Assembly: GCA_963718915.1 (NCBI GenBank) | Contig: CAVRAI010000004.1 | Coordinates: forward strand, 300,001 to 332,000 | Direction: 5' to 3' | Length of the DNA: 32,000 nucleotides | Source of the DNA: an uncultured Chloroflexia bacterium | GTDB lineage: Bacteria > Chloroflexota > Ktedonobacteria > Ktedonobacterales > JADMIN01 | Shown here: positions 26,957-32,000 of the stretch, piece by piece | Layout: every line of letters starts with the position of its first letter | Numbering within the stretch: the first letter of the stretch is position 1 | Program-made: the position numbers and the translations under genes | The notes under the pieces: generated by a model | Database searches by the model: none | The model's input: only the letters and a program-made list of their open reading frames with translations | What the model was told of the DNA's origin: nothing

Positions 26957-28195
26957 GTGGCATCATGGCGGGGAGATGACACTGGTCATAATTTCAGCGC
27001 ATTCAATATTGGCAGTACCATTGATCGCTCGGGCGCGGTGGCTGTTCCGCGAAACGCACGCGAAAGCACCCCTCGCCGGGTTGTCCGGCATATTGGCGTT
27101 CCTGAGCCTCAGCATATACTGGTCTCGCTGCTGAGTCCAATTGGTGATACGCTGCTCGCCACTCCGGCGCTGGCAGCGCTACGTCGGCGCTACCCGGACG
27201 CCTCGCTGACGGTGATTGTCTCGGCCAGCAATGCTGGGATCCTCGAAGGCAATCCTGATGTGACCGAATGCATCCTCGTGCCGCATCCAGGAAAAAGCGC
27301 GCCACTGGTTCGCTTTGCGCAGGCAATGCGCGCGATCAACCGCACGCGCGACAAGTACGATCTGGTGGTGAGCCTCTCGGCGGCCAGCTCATTTGTCACC
27401 TTCGTCTCGGGACTGTCGGCCAATCAGTACAAGCTACACAGCCCGCCGATGTGGTGGCTGGTGGGCGGACATTCCGCCGAATACCGTGCCCGCCATACGA
27501 TTGACCAGTACCTGCAAACCATCGCGCCGCTTGTCAGCCCGCCACGTAGCGACGACGACCGGGTGCCGCGCCTCTACCTGTCGCTCCAGGAGCGTTCAGG
27601 GGCACGCAGGCTGTTGCGCGCGCATGGGCTAGCGCCCACGAAGCTGCTGATAGCCATGCATGTTGGCGGTGACGGCTTCAACGGGCGCAAGCGCTGGGCG
27701 CCGAAACGATTCGCCGATGTAGCCAACGCGCTCATCGAGCGGTTTGATGCCCATGTGCTGCTAATCGGCGGCAAGGTGGATGTGCCATTGGCCGAGCGAA
27801 CCGCCGCCCTGATTCCCCATGGCGCGACGGTGCTGGCTGGCTCGACACCGCTCAAGGTCACTGCCGCGCTGATCGAGGAGGCCACACTCTTCATCGGCAA
27901 CGACTCCGCGCCGCTGCATATGGCCGCCGCCGTCGGGACGCCCTCGGTGGGCATCTTTGGCCCATCCGACTGGAACGAATTTCACCCTGTGGGCAAGACA
28001 GGCTACCAGCATCGTGTGGTTCACTCGAACCTGGCGTGCAGCCCCTGTTTCCGCTTCCTGGGCAACGACGCGCCCTGGGTTCCCAACACCTGCTATTCAC
28101 GCGCCTGCCTGAAGGCAATCACTCCACAGCACGTGATGGACGCAGCAACTGAGTTGCTGGCCCAGCAAGATAATCCGTCGGATTTGCGCATTTAG
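26957..28195 (+). CDS. Glycosyltransferase family 9 (heptosyltransferase-like)
   Basis: ILVSLLSPIGDTLLATPAL near the N-terminus and FIGNDSAPLHMAAAVGTPSVGIFGPS near the C-terminus are GT9 hallmarks. The first ~50 codons are doubtful, so the true start is unclear. Confidence 0.8.
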   Translation: MASWRGDDTGHNFSAFNIGSTIDRSGAVAVPRNARESTPRRVVRHIGVPEPQHILVSLLSPIGDTLLATPALAALRRRYPDASLTVIVSASNAGILEGNPDVTECILVPHPGKSAPLVRFAQAMRAINRTRDKYDLVVSLSAASSFVTFVSGLSANQYKLHSPPMWWLVGGHSAEYRARHTIDQYLQTIAPLVSPPRSDDDRVPRLYLSLQERSGARRLLRAHGLAPTKLLIAMHVGGDGFNGRKRWAPKRFADVANALIERFDAHVLLIGGKVDVPLAERTAALIPHGATVLAGSTPLKVTAALIEEATLFIGNDSAPLHMAAAVGTPSVGIFGPSDWNEFHPVGKTGYQHRVVHSNLACSPCFRFLGNDAPWVPNTCYSRACLKAITPQHVMDAATELLAQQDNPSDLRI

Positions 28196-28953
28196 CGGAA
28201 CATGTCGGTGGCGGGATCCATCATCAGCTCGCGGGCGGTTCCCTCGTGTTGGTCGAAGGTATAACCGCGAATGAGGGCCATCGGGCAGCGGCTCACCTTG
28301 CCCATCACCAGCTCGGCGGCGGAGGCCAGCTCATCGGCCACCGCCAGCACGCTCACCTGCATCGTCCGCCCGAAATCGTCGGCCTGTCCGCGGTAATCCA
28401 CCAGCGGGGCGATCCCCGCGACGCCGATGGCGACATTGACGATGCCGTTCCGCCAGGGCCGCCCGAACGAATCGGCGATAATGACCGCGATATGCGCGCC
28501 AGTGGCTTCCTTGAGCGAACGATGGATGGCTAGCGCCGTGGCGTCGGGGTCGAGTGGGAGCAGACAGACCACCTCGTCGCCCGGAACATTCGAGGCATCC
28601 ACGCCGGAATTCGCGCAAACGAACCCATGGCGGGTCTGAGTAATCAGGACACCACGATCCATCCGCACGACGCGTGCGCTCTCGCGTAATACCACCTCGA
28701 CATGGCGCGGATCCTTGCCCCAGGCGGCGGCCCACTCACGGGCGAAATCGGACGGCTCGACGGTGTGTAAATCCACCAGCCTGCCCTCGGCCTTCGCCAC
28801 GATCTTATGGGTCACCACCAGCACATCGCCATCGTGGAGTGTTTCACTTGCCTCGTGAATGGCATCGCGCGCAAGGTTAGCGAGGTTCATGCCCGGCGTT
28901 ACCTCTGGCAGCGCGGTCAGTCCAAGCAGGCGCATCTCTGGCGACGTTGTCAT
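28192..28953 (-). CDS. cofE: Coenzyme F420-0:L-glutamate ligase, stand-alone CofE type
   Basis: Trimmed to ATG 28953 (AGGAGA RBS). Contains VVTHKIVAKAEGR, FVCANSGVDASN and IIADSFGRPWRNG. About 253 aa, so there is no C-terminal nitroreductase-like domain. Confidence 0.85.
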   Translation of the reverse strand: MTTSPEMRLLGLTALPEVTPGMNLANLARDAIHEASETLHDGDVLVVTHKIVAKAEGRLVDLHTVEPSDFAREWAAAWGKDPRHVEVVLRESARVVRMDRGVLITQTRHGFVCANSGVDASNVPGDEVVCLLPLDPDATALAIHRSLKEATGAHIAVIIADSFGRPWRNGIVNVAIGVAGIAPLVDYRGQADDFGRTMQVSVLAVADELASAAELVMGKVSRCPMALIRGYTFDQHEGTARELMMDPATDMFR

Positions 28954-29600
28954 GAGGCTTCTCCTGCCCACAGGTGTGGGTACGTCTCTGACGGACGCCA
29001 CACGCCGCGCTCGGCCAGTTCGCGCAGGTCGTCGGGGGTATCCACATCGAAGGCCGCGCCGGGCAATCGCATGAGATGCGGCTCGATGCCCGCAGCCCGG
29101 GCAAGCGCGGTATGCCGTGCCAGACTATCCTCGCCAAACGCGAAGCCGAGCGTGTCCGGCGGACGTAGGAGCAGGATGTTGGTGCCCTGGCCCGCGCGAT
29201 CAGGCGCCATCGTCACCGATGGTATTTCGGGCGTATCTGCCGCATGTGATACCAGCGCCAGCGCCTCATCCGCCGTGAGCAGAGGCAGGTCGCCGAGCAC
29301 CACCATCAGCGCGTCCGCATGCCGTCGCAGTGCCCATGCCCTGCCGATTTCGAGAGCGTCATTGAGTCCTGAGCCTTCCTGGCGCACCGGCTGCGCGCCA
29401 TGCTGCCATGCCCAGCGCAAGACCTCATCATCGGGACTGACGACGCCGATAGGGGCGATGTGGGCATTGTGCAGCGTATCGAGCACCCGTTGGGCAAGCC
29501 AGCGGGAAAGTGCCGCACGGTCGGTGGAATCCAAAACACCTGCCAGCCGTGTCTTGGTCTGGCTTCGGCTGTTGAGCGGAACAATGGCCGCCAGCTTCAT
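28950..29600 (-). CDS. cofC: 2-phospho-L-lactate (or PEP/3PG) guanylyltransferase
   Basis: AIVPLNSRSQTKTRL N-terminus, VVLGDLPLL, and PDRAGQGTN. ATGA overlaps with both cofD and cofE. Confidence 0.85.
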   Translation of the reverse strand: MKLAAIVPLNSRSQTKTRLAGVLDSTDRAALSRWLAQRVLDTLHNAHIAPIGVVSPDDEVLRWAWQHGAQPVRQEGSGLNDALEIGRAWALRRHADALMVVLGDLPLLTADEALALVSHAADTPEIPSVTMAPDRAGQGTNILLLRPPDTLGFAFGEDSLARHTALARAAGIEPHLMRLPGAAFDVDTPDDLRELAERGVWRPSETYPHLWAGEAS

Positions 29601-30550
29601 GACATGGCCTCCGAATTGGCAAGCTGTTCCGCGAACCCCAGCGTTTCCCGCGCCAGCCGCTGGCGATCCGTCGCGTCGCGCATGACCGTGTCGGCGATAT
29701 GTACGCGCAGGCGCAGTTCATTCGTGATGCGTTCGGCCAGCGCGGCATCCTCCTGGTCGATGATGATGCCATCAAGGAGATCGGCGTAGAGCTGGGCGAC
29801 GCCAAACGCCGACACCTCGTCGCCTAGCCTGGCCAGCATGCGATCCGCTGGCCCGCGTAACGCCTTCCCGGCGATGATCGGGCTGATGGCGACACGTGGC
29901 GCGCGCGCTGCCCGTATCAGATCGCGTATGCCAGGTACCGCCAAAATTGGGCCGATGCTGACAAGCGGATTGGAGGGACAGAAGACGATGACCTCCGCCT
30001 CGGCGAGAGCGGCGCGCGTCTGCTCCGATGGTTCGGCTGTCTCGATCCCCGTGAAACGGATGCCCAGCACCTCATCACTGTGATGCCGCCGTACGAAGTA
30101 GTCCTGAAAAGCCAGTTCGCCCTCAGGCGTCCGCACGCGCGTAGCCACGGGCGCATCGCACATGGGGAGCAGCCGGGCACGTACGCCAAGCGCTACCATA
30201 AGCGCGTTGGCAACCTCGGTCGGCGTCTTGCCCTCGCGAAGCCAGCCGGTGCGCTCGATGTGTGTCGCGAAATCGCGATCTCCCAGGAGAAACCAGGTAT
30301 CCTCCCCATAGCGGCGCAGCATCTCCAGCGTCGTGAAGGTGTCGCCCGCGATGCCCCAGCCGGTCTCCGGGTTGGCGAGGCCCGCGAGCGTATAGAGCAC
30401 GGTATCGGCATCGGGCGAGATGCGCAGTCCATAGAGATCGAAGTCGTCGCCGGTATTTACGATGATGGTCAATTCATCGGGTGCGACTGTTCGATATAGA
30501 CCGTCGGCCAGCTTTGCCCCACCAACGCCGCCTGCCAGAGCTACGATCAT
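29597..30550 (-). CDS. cofD: 2-phospho-L-lactate transferase
   Basis: MIVALAGGVGGAKLADGL...IVNTGDDFDLYGLRISPDADTVLYTLAG is the canonical CofD/FbiA N-terminus. Confidence 0.9.
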   Translation of the reverse strand: MIVALAGGVGGAKLADGLYRTVAPDELTIIVNTGDDFDLYGLRISPDADTVLYTLAGLANPETGWGIAGDTFTTLEMLRRYGEDTWFLLGDRDFATHIERTGWLREGKTPTEVANALMVALGVRARLLPMCDAPVATRVRTPEGELAFQDYFVRRHHSDEVLGIRFTGIETAEPSEQTRAALAEAEVIVFCPSNPLVSIGPILAVPGIRDLIRAARAPRVAISPIIAGKALRGPADRMLARLGDEVSAFGVAQLYADLLDGIIIDQEDAALAERITNELRLRVHIADTVMRDATDRQRLARETLGFAEQLANSEAMS

Positions 30551-30760
30551 ACGGATAATTTCCCTCCTTGACCCTCCCCATGGGTAAACCCAGGGGATTC
30601 CTGCTTCGACGTGACGTGCCTCACAGTGGGTCTTACAGTCACTCCACAGGCGTTACGTTCCCGTCGGCCCGACGGTACGTTCTCAATCTGTTGTCGTTCA
30701 GAAGCTTGGTTATCGCATCTGGAATCCTGGCAACACGAGAAAACACGAGAATACAGGCGA
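30551..30760 (-). promoter_or_regulatory. Candidate structured 5' leader of the cofDCE operon (function unknown)
   Basis: Read on the minus strand:
- CCAGGATTCC (30730..30721) pairs with GGAATCC-CCTGG (30601..30590) as 5+5 bp with a 2-nt bulge, enclosing about 120 nt.
- The enclosed region contains hairpin 30655..30681 and the GCTTC/GAAGC pair (30705..30701 with 30607..30603).
- An alternative hairpin, 30576..30596, reuses 30590..30596.
- The AAGGAGGG SD lies at 30569..30562. Confidence 0.3.
30732..30751. repeat. Perfect 10-bp tandem duplication aacacgagaa x2
   Basis: Read directly: 30732..30741 is identical to 30742..30751. It lies immediately upstream (in the minus sense) of the candidate cofD leader helix. 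Confidence 0.9.
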
Positions 30761-31001
30761 CACAAGGCATGAATACGCTAGTGCTTTTACCCGCAGGAAC
30801 GATTTACTGCGGAACCGCCAAACACTCTTCTGTTGTCAATGTGCCTGCTTATTCATTATCGCACAGGCGGGCGAAAACGGAAATTGGGGCGGACAAAAAG
30901 AGGCGGCGTTTCATCCCCATAGCTGAAGTCAGGGGTCTTCACGCTGAAGAATGATAAGCCGACACCCAGCCGCTTCACTCATTATCGCGAACTCGCGTGG
31001 A

Positions 31002-31406
31002 TTACTCCAGATCATGGACGATAACGTTGGTGACCTTCAAGTGGATGGTAATCCGTTGCTGTTTGCTGAAAGAATCGTCCGCCTGCCGATTACCACTCTC
31101 CGCGCCATCATAACGAATGGCAAGTCTGCGGATATCAGCCTGGGCAGTCGCCTGGTCGTCGTCAAGTTCGACAATGCCTTCCAGCGTGACGAAGGTATAG
31201 CCATCGGCCACGCAAAGCGAAGCCCGCCCGTCGCGGCGCAGATTGCCATCTTTCACGCGCCTCGCTCGCGTGTTCATGAGGATATCATCCCCGTCGACGT
31301 CGTACCACATGACCGTCTGCTGCGGTGAACCATCCTCGTTGATGGTCCCCAGCACTCCAAAGCGACGCTCTTTCAAGAACGCGCGGACATTATCCTGTAA
31401 CGGCAT
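31002..31406 (-). CDS. PPOX-class (pyridoxamine 5'-phosphate oxidase family) probable F420-dependent enzyme
   Basis: VRAFLKERRFGVLGTINEDGSPQQTVMWYDVDGDDILMNT...GRASLCV is a split-barrel PPOX-class pattern. Trimmed to ATG 31406 (GGGAGA RBS). The ORF extends to 31439. Confidence 0.75.
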   Translation of the reverse strand: MPLQDNVRAFLKERRFGVLGTINEDGSPQQTVMWYDVDGDDILMNTRARRVKDGNLRRDGRASLCVADGYTFVTLEGIVELDDDQATAQADIRRLAIRYDGAESGNRQADDSFSKQQRITIHLKVTNVIVHDLE

Positions 31407-31424
31407 ACGCTCATATCTCCCTGT

Positions 31425-31450
31425 ACGTCTCGCGTTCACGTCTCGCGTTC
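31425..31450. repeat. Perfect 13-bp tandem duplication acgtctcgcgttc x2
   Basis: Read directly: 31425..31437 is identical to 31438..31450. It lies about 20 nt upstream of the PPOX gene start and just downstream of the LLM gene stop. Confidence 0.9.
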
Positions 31451-31479
31451 ATACATTGCCTTGCCATAGATTCGGCGCG

Positions 31480-32000
31480 CTATCTCCCGGCGACCGGAAG
31501 CTCCGTGACGGCGGGAATGACCTCTTTGGCCAGCAGATCGAAGATGTCTGACTCGCTGACGTTGGGCATGCTGAAGATCGCCTGATCGAAGCCAAGGTTG
31601 GCGAGCCACTCGAAGTGAGCAATGGCCTCGGCGGGCGTCTTCGTGCCGTTGCCGCCGCTCTGTGTGATATGCGGCGCGCCAAGCGATGTCTTTTCAATCT
31701 GTTCGTAGGGCCGTCCCAGCGTTGCGCAATGCTCCCGTAGCACGTCCAGTTTATGTTCGAGTACGCCTGGCTGTGGCACGGCAAAAAGGTTACAGGCGTC
31801 AGCATATTGCGCCACCATACGCAATGTCTTCTGTTCGCCCATGCCGCCGATCAGAATAGGTGGGTGTGGCTTCTGGATCGCATTTGGCACGTTCAGGGTA
31901 AGCCCTAGATGAGCATGTCTGCCTTCATAGGGTTTGGCCTCGCCCGACCACATCTGGAGCGCGATCTCGAGCAAGTCTTCCAGCCGCTCGAATCGCTCTT
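31480..32000 (-). CDS. LLM-class F420-dependent oxidoreductase, C-terminal part (gene continues past the right window edge)
   Basis: The frame stays open to position 32000 (my translation reads ...ERFERLEDLLEIALQMWSGE). PHPPILIGGMGEQKTLRMVAQYADACN is typical of LLM F420-dependent enzymes. Confidence 0.8.
   Translation of the reverse strand, partial: ERFERLEDLLEIALQMWSGEAKPYEGRHAHLGLTLNVPNAIQKPHPPILIGGMGEQKTLRMVAQYADACNLFAVPQPGVLEHKLDVLREHCATLGRPYEQIEKTSLGAPHITQSGGNGTKTPAEAIAHFEWLANLGFDQAIFSMPNVSESDIFDLLAKEVIPAVTELPVAGR

Noticed and set aside
28807-29685. A 292-aa plus-strand ORF
   Set aside because: It is antisense to cofE, cofC and cofD and is Ser/Arg/Ala-rich. It is a shadow ORF.
30568-30954. 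A 128-aa plus-strand ORF (and a 72-aa minus-strand ORF) inside the cofD upstream spacer
   Set aside because: It has no RBS, atypical composition for this genome, lower GC without third-position bias, and no recognisable motif. I treat the region as non-coding.
30732-31450. The short tandem repeats as a possible CRISPR array or minisatellite
   Set aside because: There are only two copies each, with units of 10 and 13 bp and no spacers. This is not CRISPR-like. I report them as possible operators instead.

Overview
High-GC bacterial chromosomal DNA, densely coded, with many GTG/TTG starts and 4-nt ATGA/GTGA gene overlaps. The gene content (F420 genes, an RRM glycine-rich protein, Roadblock/LC7) suggests a Chloroflexota-like or other terrestrial high-GC lineage, but this is a guess I cannot verify. 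I see about 37 protein genes and one tRNA, nearly all housekeeping or ordinary accessory metabolism.

Gene order, left to right:
- etfB-etfA (-)
- MFS transporter and HAD hydrolase (+)
- GNAT and SAM-methyltransferase (-)
- LLM-class oxidoreductase, tRNA-Pro(GGG), a family-less hypothetical and a second methyltransferase (+)
- agmatinase (-)
- RRM/glycine-rich RNA-binding protein (+)
- a co-directional minus-strand block: purF, Roadblock/LC7, purM, purN, rhomboid, isochorismatase-like hydrolase
- ABC-F ATPase and GNAT (+)
- VOC protein (-)
- coaE-pyk (+)
- alpha/beta hydrolase and GlsB/YeaQ-like membrane protein (-)
- MscS-family channel, then nadD, DUF951, MFS, GT9 glycosyltransferase (+)
- an F420-themed right end: cofD-cofC-cofE, a PPOX-class enzyme and a second LLM oxidoreductase that runs off the window (-)

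I found no mobile elements, CRISPR arrays, defence or toxin genes, or rRNA.

I do not see a convincing novel multi-gene system. The most unusual material is non-coding:
- a ~450 bp lower-GC spacer upstream of cofD with nested long-range complementarity and a mutually exclusive alternative hairpin
- two perfect tandem duplications sharing an AAC(A/G)CGAGA core upstream of two F420-related units
- a long leader in front of the RRM gene
- a solitary Roadblock/LC7 gene embedded in the purine operon

All functional calls come from motif recognition in the supplied translations and from my own reading of the DNA. No database search was possible.
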